IMG/VR virus record: IMGVR_UViG_2703718841_000004
Source: a virus
Lineage: Duplodnaviria > Heunggongvirae > Uroviricota > Caudoviricetes
Direction: 5' to 3' (one strand)
DNA length: 19,015 nt
The notes below the pieces were generated by a model. It was given only the letters and a program-made list of their open reading frames with translations, made no database searches and had not been told where the DNA came from. A program made the position numbers and the translations under genes. This document shows positions 7,591-14,136 of this stretch, piece after piece (the first letter of the stretch is position 1; every line of letters starts with the position of its first letter).

Positions 7591-7658
7591 AAGCGCGGGT
7601 GCATTGAGGATGCCTGACTCATCAGAGGTGGCGAGGGATTTCTCCCCCGCCTAGTCTC

Positions 7659-7814
7659 TTACTCCTCAGGTTCGTAAGCTGTGAAGACAGCGACCTCCGT
7701 CTGGCCGGTTCGGATTCGTACCTCGCAGAGGTCTTTCCTCGTTACCAGTGCCGTCACTATGACGGTTAAACAGATGACGATCAGGGCGATTAACATCGCC
7801 TTTTGCTGCTTCAT
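7659..7814 (-). CDS. hokD: Hok/Gef-family type I toxin (HokD/RelF-like small membrane toxin)
   Basis: 51 aa, MKQQKAMLIALIVICLTVIVTALVTRKDLCEVRIRTGQTEVAVFTAYEPEE, recognised as HokD/RelF. RBS AAGGAG upstream of ATG 7814. Confidence 0.85.
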   Translation of the reverse strand: MKQQKAMLIALIVICLTVIVTALVTRKDLCEVRIRTGQTEVAVFTAYEPEE

Positions 7815-7871
7815 AGCCTGCTTCTCCTTGCCTTCCGGCACGTAAGAGGCTAACCTACATGTGTCTAGCAT
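7659..7871 (-). CDS. mok: mok (overlapping reading frame whose translation is coupled to hok)
   Basis: 70-aa frame starting at ATG 7871, running in frame into and ending with hok; this is the canonical mok/hok overlap. Confidence 0.5.
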   Translation of the reverse strand: MLDTCRLASYVPEGKEKQAMKQQKAMLIALIVICLTVIVTALVTRKDLCEVRIRTGQTEVAVFTAYEPEE

Positions 7872-7930
7872 GAAATTGGCCTCAGATTAATGTTAAGCGT
7901 CTTGCAGGACGCGTAATGTTAACTGGGGCT
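7863..7930 (+). ncRNA. sok: Candidate Sok antisense RNA (antitoxin) of the hok/sok module
   Basis: Inferred from hok/sok architecture. On the plus strand a possible -35 TTGCCT (7828-7833) and -10 TAACCT (7851-7856) precede the region antisense to the mok start and RBS, with a stem-loop GCGTC-TTGCAG-GACGC at 7907-7922. The boundaries are not established. Confidence 0.25.
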
Positions 7931-8392
7931 TTTCTCTATCTGCCGTTGGTGTTCATGCCCGAGGCAGATAGCCTCAAGCACCCACAGCCATTCTACTTAA
8001 CTACCGTTACCTCGCCAACATGAAATCAATCAGAAAGGCGAACCATAAGAACAATAACAACAATTAAATTCATTTTCTCAAATCCTGTTAACGACGCCCA
8101 TCCGACACTAACAACTTTCATTTATTATACTATTTCCCCATCGACGCTCTGCGTTGGCATAACACAAATCTGTCTGTCCGTTTGGGTAAAGAGCGGATAT
8201 CTGCAGTTTCAAAGAAACTGCGCATGCACACGAACTATCAAAGATAGTGATAACTGAGATAAAAACATATGGAAGCCTTCGGCATTTAAAAATAACAGCA
8301 AATCATATAAAAGGAAAGAGATAAGCAACATTTACATAACATGTATCACGATACGCCCCAGTGTTAATAAAAAGACTATCACTTTATTCTTT

Positions 8393-8398
8393 TATAAT
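8393..8398 (+). promoter_or_regulatory. Candidate -10 hexamer (TATAAT) of a promoter for the OLD-family gene
   Basis: Consensus TATAAT lies about 50 nt upstream of ATG 8449 in an AT-rich 590-bp intergenic region. No convincing -35 was found. Confidence 0.2.
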
Positions 8399-8448
8399 GT
8401 TAGTTTGCACTAGCAAGTGCCACTCCGAACAGAAAAAGGATACATGTA

Positions 8449-10260
8449 ATGAAGCTACAGCAATTTAATATTAAAAATTACAAGTCGATAAAAGATGAAA
8501 TAGAAGTATATATCGATGATATAGTTGTGCTAATTGGTCCAAATAACTCTGGAAAGTCAACAATATTAGATGCGTATGAAAAGTTTGCATCTTTAGGATC
8601 AGCAAAAGGCCTGACTGCTCATGATTTTTATAACTCAGATATATCTATACCAATTGAAATGTGCGGAATTTTCACTGATATCACTGATGATGATATTCGT
8701 ACATTAGGGGGAGAGAAATGGTTTTATAAAGATGATGCTCTTGACAGAAGAAATATGGCAAGAAAGTATGGGGGAGATTGGGAGAAAAATAATACCCCAT
8801 TGGAAAGCAAACTCTATTATTGTGTTAAATGGGTTTGGTCACATCCAGAAAAAGCAGCCCAAAAACAATCCTATGGCCTTGATGATGCCTCTGGCAAACG
8901 CATATTTATTGATGGGGGCTCTGGGGGACTTGACACACTACTACAAAGTCGAGTTCCTCAACCAATAAGAATAAGCCCAGATAAATCCATGGATGAAACT
9001 AAAAAAATTATCATAAGTTTCTTAAAGGAAGATGCAAAAGATGAGTTACTGAAAACAGGGGAAAGTAAAGCTGATATAATACAGAAAATACAAGAGTTGA
9101 CAGACACTCTTATGAAAGATTCCAAATCAAAAATCGATGATCTTCTACAGCAGGTCTCCAAATCATCATCATCTGTTTTTCCTGGGCTAGAACTGGAATT
9201 AAACATACTTTCCAAGGATCCCGTAGATGCGGATGTTATGGTTTCAGAATCTAACCTTACAGTGAAAATGGATGGGATAAATAGCTCTCTTCTCGAGAAC
9301 CAAGGTCACGGTGTTCGCCGCTCCGTTTTATGGTCTGCTTTGCAAATTTTGACTCACGAATCTCATGCACGAGATAAAATAAAAAAAGCGAAAGGTAAGC
9401 CTATCTCTGTTGAGAAAAAACAATATATTTTATTGATTGATGAGCCTGAATCATTTCTTCACCCTCCTATAATTAGAAGTGCGAGGGACTCGCTTTATGA
9501 TTTTGCAGCAAACAATGATAACTGGCAGGTGATGGCTACAACACACTCCCCTGTATTCATAGACTTATCCAAGAAGCACACGACTATAATTAGGATAGAA
9601 AAAGACAAATCGCTAAATAAAACAATATCTACAGATGAACTATCTTTTTCTGAAGAGGAAAAAGATAATATGAAAATGATAAGATTATGCAACCCAATGG
9701 TTAATGAGTTTTTCTTTTACGACAATATAATATTAGTTGAAGGCCCAACTGAAAAAATCGTCATTAACAAAATATGTGATATTGTCGGAGTTGATTATCA
9801 TATCATTGACTGTTTAGGAAAAGGGAATATAAAAACATTTGCTAAAATATTAAATCAATTTAACGTTGAGTATATAGCAGTACATGACTCCGACATTCCA
9901 AAATGCTTAAAGCAAGGAAGCGTTTCAGGTAATGGGGCATGGGGTTCAAATGTATCCATAATGAACGAATGCTCTAAAAGTAAAAAACCAATGGTATTTA
10001 TTCAAATACCTCATTTCGAAGGACTGTTTTTTAAAAATTTCAATCCATCAAACAAAGTTGAGACAGTAACATCAGTTCTATCTAATAATTTAACACCAGA
10101 ATACAAAGCAATATTTGATACATATAGCAGAATTTTAAACAAAGATCCATCTGTTTTTATCAGCTCCAACGAAAAAATGATAGACATGTATCATGCATTT
10201 TATGCCAGTAATAAAAACCAAATTGAGACGCTAAAGAATCCTGAAATCTGGATCCTTTAA
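8449..10260 (+). CDS. OLD-family nuclease-type protein: N-terminal ABC/SMC-like ATPase with coiled-coil insert plus C-terminal Toprim domain (class 1 OLD-like or fused PARIS-like); candidate anti-phage defence gene
   Basis: 603 aa. Walker A GPNNSGKST (aa 30-38, nt 8536-8562), coiled-coil insert about aa 180-240, Walker B ILLIDEPE (aa 327-334, nt 9427-9450), H-loop ATTHSP (aa 363-368), Toprim glutamate in ILVEGPTE (E431, nt 9739-9741), conserved Gly in CLGKG, and DxD in VHDSDIP (aa 480-482, nt 9886-9894). RBS AAGGA 8 nt upstream and a clean terminator downstream. It is plus-strand in a minus-strand neighbourhood and visibly AT-rich. Confidence 0.75.
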   Translation: MKLQQFNIKNYKSIKDEIEVYIDDIVVLIGPNNSGKSTILDAYEKFASLGSAKGLTAHDFYNSDISIPIEMCGIFTDITDDDIRTLGGEKWFYKDDALDRRNMARKYGGDWEKNNTPLESKLYYCVKWVWSHPEKAAQKQSYGLDDASGKRIFIDGGSGGLDTLLQSRVPQPIRISPDKSMDETKKIIISFLKEDAKDELLKTGESKADIIQKIQELTDTLMKDSKSKIDDLLQQVSKSSSSVFPGLELELNILSKDPVDADVMVSESNLTVKMDGINSSLLENQGHGVRRSVLWSALQILTHESHARDKIKKAKGKPISVEKKQYILLIDEPESFLHPPIIRSARDSLYDFAANNDNWQVMATTHSPVFIDLSKKHTTIIRIEKDKSLNKTISTDELSFSEEEKDNMKMIRLCNPMVNEFFFYDNIILVEGPTEKIVINKICDIVGVDYHIIDCLGKGNIKTFAKILNQFNVEYIAVHDSDIPKCLKQGSVSGNGAWGSNVSIMNECSKSKKPMVFIQIPHFEGLFFKNFNPSNKVETVTSVLSNNLTPEYKAIFDTYSRILNKDPSVFISSNEKMIDMYHAFYASNKNQIETLKNPEIWIL

Positions 10261-10290
10261 TTTTTAATGTTGTAATAAATATTATTTAGT

Positions 10291-10317
10291 AACAACCCTC
10301 TATTGAGGGTTGTTTTT
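10291..10317 (+). terminator. Intrinsic terminator of the OLD-family gene
   Basis: Perfect 10-bp stem AACAACCCTC/GAGGGTTGTT (10291-10300 / 10305-10314) with loop TATT, followed by TTTTAAT; it lies 31 nt after the stop codon. Confidence 0.7.
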
Positions 10318-10580
10318 AATCATAAGAAATCTGACACACTCTATCATACTAAAAATAACACAACATGCATACAAAGTGTTTATATGCATAGACATATTAC
10401 CTCACATCTGAGTCAATACACTTTAATTTCATTTACCGAACCAATTTCTTATTACTGGTATGATAAAAGTTCAACACACGCCGCATAACTTCGCTCTTCC
10501 GGCACTCGCGACGGATTATGTTTAGACGCCTGTCATAGTGACGTATTTCTCCGTCTGGTAATGACCAGATAAGGTCCGGA

Positions 10581-10856
10581 TCAACCACAGATGGTTTCTT
10601 CAGCTTTGCCCTCGAGAGTTTTTTTGCGGGCGTTTTGCCAGTCCTTACGAGCCTGTTCAGACGGGAATAACCCGTAGCCAGAGTTGTATACATCACCGCT
10701 CGCAACCAGCTCTCTGGCAAGAACGCTCATCAGATATCTTGTCGCACCTGTTTTAGCTTCCAGTTGCCGTAGCGTCTCTCGCCCACTCTGGCGTACTAGC
10801 TTAACAACCTGCCCTTTAATTTTTTCCCGCTCTTCTTGTGTAAAAACTTTTGCCAC
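10581..10856 (-). CDS. Hypothetical protein downstream of the replication gene (GTG start); possibly the N-terminal part of a frameshifted gene
   Basis: 91 aa (MAKVFTQEEREKIKGQVVKLVRQSGRETLRQLEAKTGATRYL...) with GTG start at 10856 and a strong RBS AGGAGG 4-5 nt upstream. It overlaps a second ORF (10433..10720) in another frame at an A7/T7 homopolymer. Confidence 0.45.
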   Translation of the reverse strand: MAKVFTQEEREKIKGQVVKLVRQSGRETLRQLEAKTGATRYLMSVLARELVASGDVYNSGYGLFPSEQARKDWQNARKKTLEGKAEETICG

Positions 10857-10896
10857 AAGCCCTCCTGAAAATTACCTCATGACCAGAAATTAACAC

Positions 10897-11979
10897 TTAC
10901 CCCCTGAAGCCCGGCGGAATTTCGTTATCCGGTTCAGAAATATGATTCACACAACGCTGGTTGTTCGTGCCGCTTACCGGGAGCAACCAAGGGTTCTCAA
11001 AATTCCGGTCCGGTCCCAAAAACGTCGTCGCTCGCTGAACAAATTCCGTTCCCGTTTTCCCGGTAGCCGCCAGGTATCTTGCGTAACGCCTCACACCATC
11101 CAGCATGGCCTCTGGTGGCACCCCCTCGCGTAATCTGGCTTTCCAGGCACTGAAAGCGGATTTCTTCGGGTTTGCCCCGGCACGCAACGGGTATTCCCGC
11201 CAGACCTGTTCGAACACATCAGGATAATCCACTCGTCCCACAGGCTGCCCGGTGTTTTCCGGGACTACCCGATCGGCTTCCCGCTGAATGGCGGAATCGG
11301 CTTCAGGCTGCTGAAGTTGGTGTGATTGCTCCTGCCTTGCGGTCATCACCTGCTGCACAGCGCCCGAATCGGCTTTCAGCGCATACGCTGAATCGGCTTC
11401 CGGTGTCGTGCCTGCTGGCTGACCAAGATTGACGGTCTGAACATCCCCTGCCTGGTTCGTGGCGTTTTTTACGCCATGGACCATAGTGTTTTGATCTTCT
11501 TGATCTGTATCTTTATCTGTATCTTTATCTGTATCTTTATCTGTCGTGACTCGTCGTGACATGTGCGTGACATTTCGTGACTCGCCGTGACAATCGCCAT
11601 TTTGTTCCCGCTTTCTTTCCCTCTCTCGCTGCGCCCTCTTGCGCTCTGCCGGAGATTTTGCGGTTTGCGAAATATTGCCGTTGTCCTCTTTCAGCACCTG
11701 GCGTTTTTCCCATCCAGTGATTAAATCACCATCAAGTACCCGCCCCTGCATCGTCTGCAAAATTGAATCAATTACCTCTTCTGTCACGTCGAGCGCACTT
11801 GCCAAATCTTCTGTCGTGACATCAATGTGACCTCGCGTGACATTTCGTGACGCGCTCACCAGGAGGTGGATATACACTGCCATCACTGTTGCAATTGGCT
11901 GCCCTGACACCCTGGCAATTGTTCGCCACTTAGGGTCATTTGGCATGTCATGCCATAATCTGAGCCAGGCGTTAGCCAT
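10897..11979 (-). CDS. Putative phage replication initiation protein (O-like) containing the origin iterons within its coding sequence
   Basis: About 360 aa from ATG 11979 (MANAWLRLWHDMPNDPKW...), RBS AGAGG. It lies downstream of the Cro-like and CII-like genes, where lambdoid phages place O. Iteron arrays and an AT-rich tandem repeat sit inside the ORF. The family assignment is not confirmed. Confidence 0.6.
   Translation of the reverse strand: MANAWLRLWHDMPNDPKWRTIARVSGQPIATVMAVYIHLLVSASRNVTRGHIDVTTEDLASALDVTEEVIDSILQTMQGRVLDGDLITGWEKRQVLKEDNGNISQTAKSPAERKRAQRERERKREQNGDCHGESRNVTHMSRRVTTDKDTDKDTDKDTDQEDQNTMVHGVKNATNQAGDVQTVNLGQPAGTTPEADSAYALKADSGAVQQVMTARQEQSHQLQQPEADSAIQREADRVVPENTGQPVGRVDYPDVFEQVWREYPLRAGANPKKSAFSAWKARLREGVPPEAMLDGVRRYARYLAATGKTGTEFVQRATTFLGPDRNFENPWLLPVSGTNNQRCVNHISEPDNEIPPGFRG
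11503..11544. repeat. AT-rich 12-bp tandem repeat (ATCTGTATCTTT x 3.5); candidate DNA-unwinding element of the origin, encoding a (TDKD)n segment
   Basis: Exact tandem copies at 11503-11514, 11515-11526 and 11527-11538, plus a partial copy at 11539-11544. Translated on the minus strand this gives TDKDTDKDTDKDTD. Confidence 0.6.
11545..11591. repeat. Iteron array 1: five direct CGTGAC hexamers at about 10-11 bp phasing (candidate initiator binding sites of ori)
   Basis: CGTGAC at 11545, 11555, 11566, 11576 and 11586, with spacings 10, 11, 10 and 10 bp, directly adjacent to the AT-rich tandem repeat. Confidence 0.55.
11815..11851. repeat. Iteron array 2: four direct (C/T)GTGAC hexamers at 10-11 bp phasing; shares an exact 17-bp repeat with array 1
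   Basis: Hexamers at 11815, 11826, 11836 and 11846. GCGTGACATTTCGTGAC is identical at 11565-11581 and 11835-11851. An inverted copy GTCACG lies at 11784-11789. Confidence 0.5.
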
Positions 11980-12050
11980 ACTCACCTCTTCTGATACCGA
12001 ATCTTTTTACTCACGAGTTGCCGGAAGCGATTCGATATGACTATTGTCAG

Positions 12051-12476
12051 TCAATGTACTGCCACAGCATTTCCTTCCGGGCCACCACGGTTCATCTGAT
12101 TGAAACCGGCGATTGCCACTGCGACAAAATCATCAGCGTCTCTCACCAGTCGCTCCCGCGTCTCCACCAGCTCCCGAAAATAAGCTGAACTGTGGCTGCG
12201 CATTCTGGCCACCAGCAAAGGTGGCATTGCCTTTTCGATCGCTGGTAACAACGCCTGAATTTTTTCAACTGCATCAGGGGTGTCTTTCTCTATCCAGCGG
12301 AAAATTTTCTGGGTATTGCGAGCCAGGGCTTCCGGATGGCTGTCGTCGTACAGTTCAGGAAACGTCATACCCAACTCAAAATAAGCCTGGGTTATTCCAG
12401 CTGCCGGAACTTTTTCGCCATCAGGACGCGCCCAGGCATTCATCGCCATGCGGATGTGTTCATGCTTGATTTTCAT
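12051..12476 (-). CDS. YdaT-like protein (CII-like regulator domain)
   Basis: 141 aa starting MKIKHEHI..., as recalled for Rac YdaT. Its ATG overlaps the upstream gene's stop (ATGA), and it follows the Cro-like gene. Confidence 0.7.
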   Translation of the reverse strand: MKIKHEHIRMAMNAWARPDGEKVPAAGITQAYFELGMTFPELYDDSHPEALARNTQKIFRWIEKDTPDAVEKIQALLPAIEKAMPPLLVARMRSHSSAYFRELVETRERLVRDADDFVAVAIAGFNQMNRGGPEGNAVAVH

Positions 12477-12727
12477 GAATCAACTCCCATCAGCTTTTTC
12501 GTAGTAGTTTTATTCCTGCCAATAGTTAAAATTGCATCGGCAGAAAATAATCCGTTTGATGCAAGAGCGATTTTTTCAGCGTAATTTGTTTCGCCGGTAT
12601 ATTCTGTGCGAGGCAATTTTCCGTTATCCATCCATTTATAGATTGCTCTTTGGCTGACACCACAAACGTCGGCCACAACAGCAACGCGAACAGTTTTGAT
12701 TACATCTTCAAGTGTTTTCTGGTTCAT
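12473..12727 (-). CDS. Cro-like HTH regulator (YdaS-type)
   Basis: 84 aa from ATG 12727 (MNQKTLEDVIKTVRVAVVADVCGVSQRAIYKWMDNGKLP...), RBS GAGGGTG. It is divergent from the repressor gene. Confidence 0.65.
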   Translation of the reverse strand: MNQKTLEDVIKTVRVAVVADVCGVSQRAIYKWMDNGKLPRTEYTGETNYAEKIALASNGLFSADAILTIGRNKTTTKKLMGVDS

Positions 12728-12806
12728 ATCACCCTCACAATGTGAACTTTGAGTACATGCTATAACAGAACTGACAGTACATTCAAGAGCGAATATCATT
12801 GAACTT
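12728..12806. promoter_or_regulatory. Divergent operator/promoter region between the Cro-like gene and the repressor (OR-like)
   Basis: 79-bp intergenic region with two direct AGTACAT motifs (12752-12758, 12776-12782) and the palindrome TCACA-A-TGTGA (12735-12745) over the Cro-like gene RBS region. The repressor ATG has no obvious RBS. Confidence 0.45.
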
Positions 12807-13226
12807 ATGGTTCATGAAGATAAAGCGCGTAAAGAGTTCGCCAGTAGGCTTGCGCTAGCCTGTGAAAACGCTGGTTATGAACAACATGGAAGGCAGGCAG
12901 AAATTGCCCGTCGAATGAAATTAACACCAAAAGCGGTTAGCAAATGGTTTAATGGCGAAACAATTCCTCGCCGGGAGAAATTAAGGGAATTAGCAACACT
13001 AATAGGAACAACACCAACCTATCTTTTGGGAGAGGATACAGAAGAAAGTGGACAGGTACGTTTCTATCAGGAGTTAAATCCAAGACAAAAAATCATCATT
13101 GACCTTCTGGACGAGCTCCCTGACAGTGAGACAGATGAACTTTTAAAAACTCTTGAAGAGAAAAAACAGAAGTACAATGCAATTTACGAAGAGTTAGCAC
13201 GAAAGAAAAAACAAAAAGCCTCTTAA
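12807..13226 (+). CDS. Prophage repressor, XRE-family HTH (DicA/RacR/CI-like)
   Basis: 139 aa; N-terminal HTH (...FASRLALACENAGYEQHGRQAEIARRMKLTPKAVSKWFNGETIP...) and an acidic/helical C-terminus. It is divergent from the Cro-like gene. Confidence 0.8.
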   Translation: MVHEDKARKEFASRLALACENAGYEQHGRQAEIARRMKLTPKAVSKWFNGETIPRREKLRELATLIGTTPTYLLGEDTEESGQVRFYQELNPRQKIIIDLLDELPDSETDELLKTLEEKKQKYNAIYEELARKKKQKAS

Positions 13227-13299
13227 ACCAGCATAAATCCGGTAGCGCCTTCCTCCGGGTTTGTGCTTCACTTTATCCCATCTCATTTTTTTACACACA

Positions 13300-13350
13300 A
13301 AATGTACTAAAAGTACTTTACAACAATGAACGCAAAGTACATTATATACC
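13300..13350 (+). promoter_or_regulatory. OL/PL-like operator-promoter region for the early-left operon
   Basis: ATGTACT (13302-13308), the 10-bp palindrome AAAGTACTTT (13310-13319) and AGTACAT (13336-13342) share the motif found in the divergent region. A candidate -35 TTACAA (13318-13323) and -10 ATTATA (13341-13346) overlap them. Confidence 0.4.
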
Positions 13351-13523
13351 TGCCACCCACCCCGCCCCACAGAATGCAGGGCAATACTTCGAGTTACCAG
13401 GCAGTGGTCAGGGGTTAAGTAGCCAGCCCGAGGCGTAAGAACATGACGGCAGGGTTCAACTTTAATAACTATGCAGCAGGTTTTTGTTCCGCTACCCCGG
13501 CGTTAAGGGGAAATGAGGTCAAC

Positions 13524-13679
13524 ATGGATACTATCGATCTTGGCAACAACGAATCTCTGGTGTACGGCGTGTTTCCCAACCAGGACGGCACATTCACCGC
13601 GATGACGTATACCAAAAGCAAAACGTTTAAAACCGAAAATGGTGCCCGTCGCTGGCTGGAAAGAAACTCAGGTGAGTGA
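13524..13679 (+). CDS. ydfA: DUF1391 small protein (YdfA-like)
   Basis: 51 aa from ATG 13524 (MDTIDLGNNESLVYGVFPNQDGTFTAMTYTKSKTFKTENGARRWLERNSGE), RBS GAGGT. It is the first gene of the early-left operon, as in Qin (recalled). Confidence 0.65.
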   Translation: MDTIDLGNNESLVYGVFPNQDGTFTAMTYTKSKTFKTENGARRWLERNSGE

Positions 13680-13680
13680 T

Positions 13681-13809
13681 ATGGATTTCGACACAATCAT
13701 GAAAAAGGCTTACGAAGAGTACTTCGAAGGCCTTGCCGAAGGCGAAGAGGCTCTCAGCTTCAGTGAGTTTAAACAGGCGCTTTCCAGTTCGACAAAATCT
13801 ATCGACTAA
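13681..13809 (+). CDS. Small hypothetical protein (42 aa; position and length match ydfB of Qin)
   Basis: ATG 13681 lies 1 nt after the ydfA stop; translation MDFDTIMKKAYEEYFEGLAEGEEALSFSEFKQALSSSTKSID. It is below the ORF-track size cutoff. Confidence 0.5.
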   Translation: MDFDTIMKKAYEEYFEGLAEGEEALSFSEFKQALSSSTKSID

Positions 13810-13820
13810 CGGGGTTAAAG

Positions 13821-13979
13821 ATGGAATTTAAAGATTTACCTCCAGACACTCAGAAAATCGCCGCAGAAACACTGAAATCTCTCATTTTGAACGGGGAGAC
13901 AGAAAAGGTAGATCCAGCTAAAAAACTGGCTCAAGAAATCAGAGAAGCCTTTATTGCTCTTTATCAGTCTTCTCCATAG
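13821..13979 (+). CDS. Small hypothetical protein (52 aa)
   Basis: ATG 13821; translation MEFKDLPPDTQKIAAETLKSLILNGETEKVDPAKKLAQEIREAFIALYQSSP; colinear with the operon. Confidence 0.45.
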   Translation: MEFKDLPPDTQKIAAETLKSLILNGETEKVDPAKKLAQEIREAFIALYQSSP

Positions 13980-14136
13980 CGGCTTGTTTTTCTTCTTTTA
14001 ATATATTGCGAATTGTAATAACTGAATTAGCCGCCTCTGAAGGGGATGACATTTTGCCAGCCCGAATTAACTCAACTGTTAAGTTCAAAGCTGCAACAGA
14101 TGGATAGGTAAATGGGTTAATTAACTTGTCTGACAT
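13951..14136 (-). CDS. Small hypothetical protein encoded antisense to the early-left operon (61 aa)
   Basis: ATG 14136 is preceded by a near-ideal RBS GGAGGA with 4-nt spacing (MSDKLINPFTYPSVAALNLTVELIRAGK...). Its 3' end overlaps the plus-strand ORF 13821..13979 by 29 nt. Confidence 0.35.
   Translation of the reverse strand: MSDKLINPFTYPSVAALNLTVELIRAGKMSSPSEAANSVITIRNILKEEKQAAMEKTDKEQ

Noticed and set aside
8732-9692. ORFs 8732..8968 (+), 8958..9215 (-) and 9495..9692 (-) inside the OLD-family gene
   Set aside because: Alternative-frame or antisense ORFs in AT-rich DNA within a gene showing a complete ATPase and Toprim motif set.
10303-10488. 61-aa plus-strand ORF after the OLD-family gene
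   Set aside because: It begins inside the terminator hairpin of the upstream gene and has no RBS; likely spurious.
11503-11591. Tandem repeats considered as a possible CRISPR array or VNTR
   Set aside because: The repeat units are 12 bp and 6 bp with no spacer-repeat alternation and lie within a coding sequence; they fit origin iterons and an AT-rich unwinding element, not CRISPR.
10684-12584. Plus-strand ORFs 10684..10893, 10942..11133, 11172..11432, 11639..11830, 11837..12040, 12113..12469 and 12336..12584
   Set aside because: All are antisense to the replication, YdaT-like and Cro-like genes; GC-rich coding sequence yields long chance ORFs on the opposite strand.
13443-13523. N-terminal extension of the ydfA-like ORF (78-aa version)
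   Set aside because: The extension has no RBS, whereas the internal ATG at 13524 has GAGGT at correct spacing and gives the 51-aa protein expected for this family.
13469-13696. 75-aa ORF antisense to ydfA
   Set aside because: Antisense overlap with a recognised small gene; no start context.
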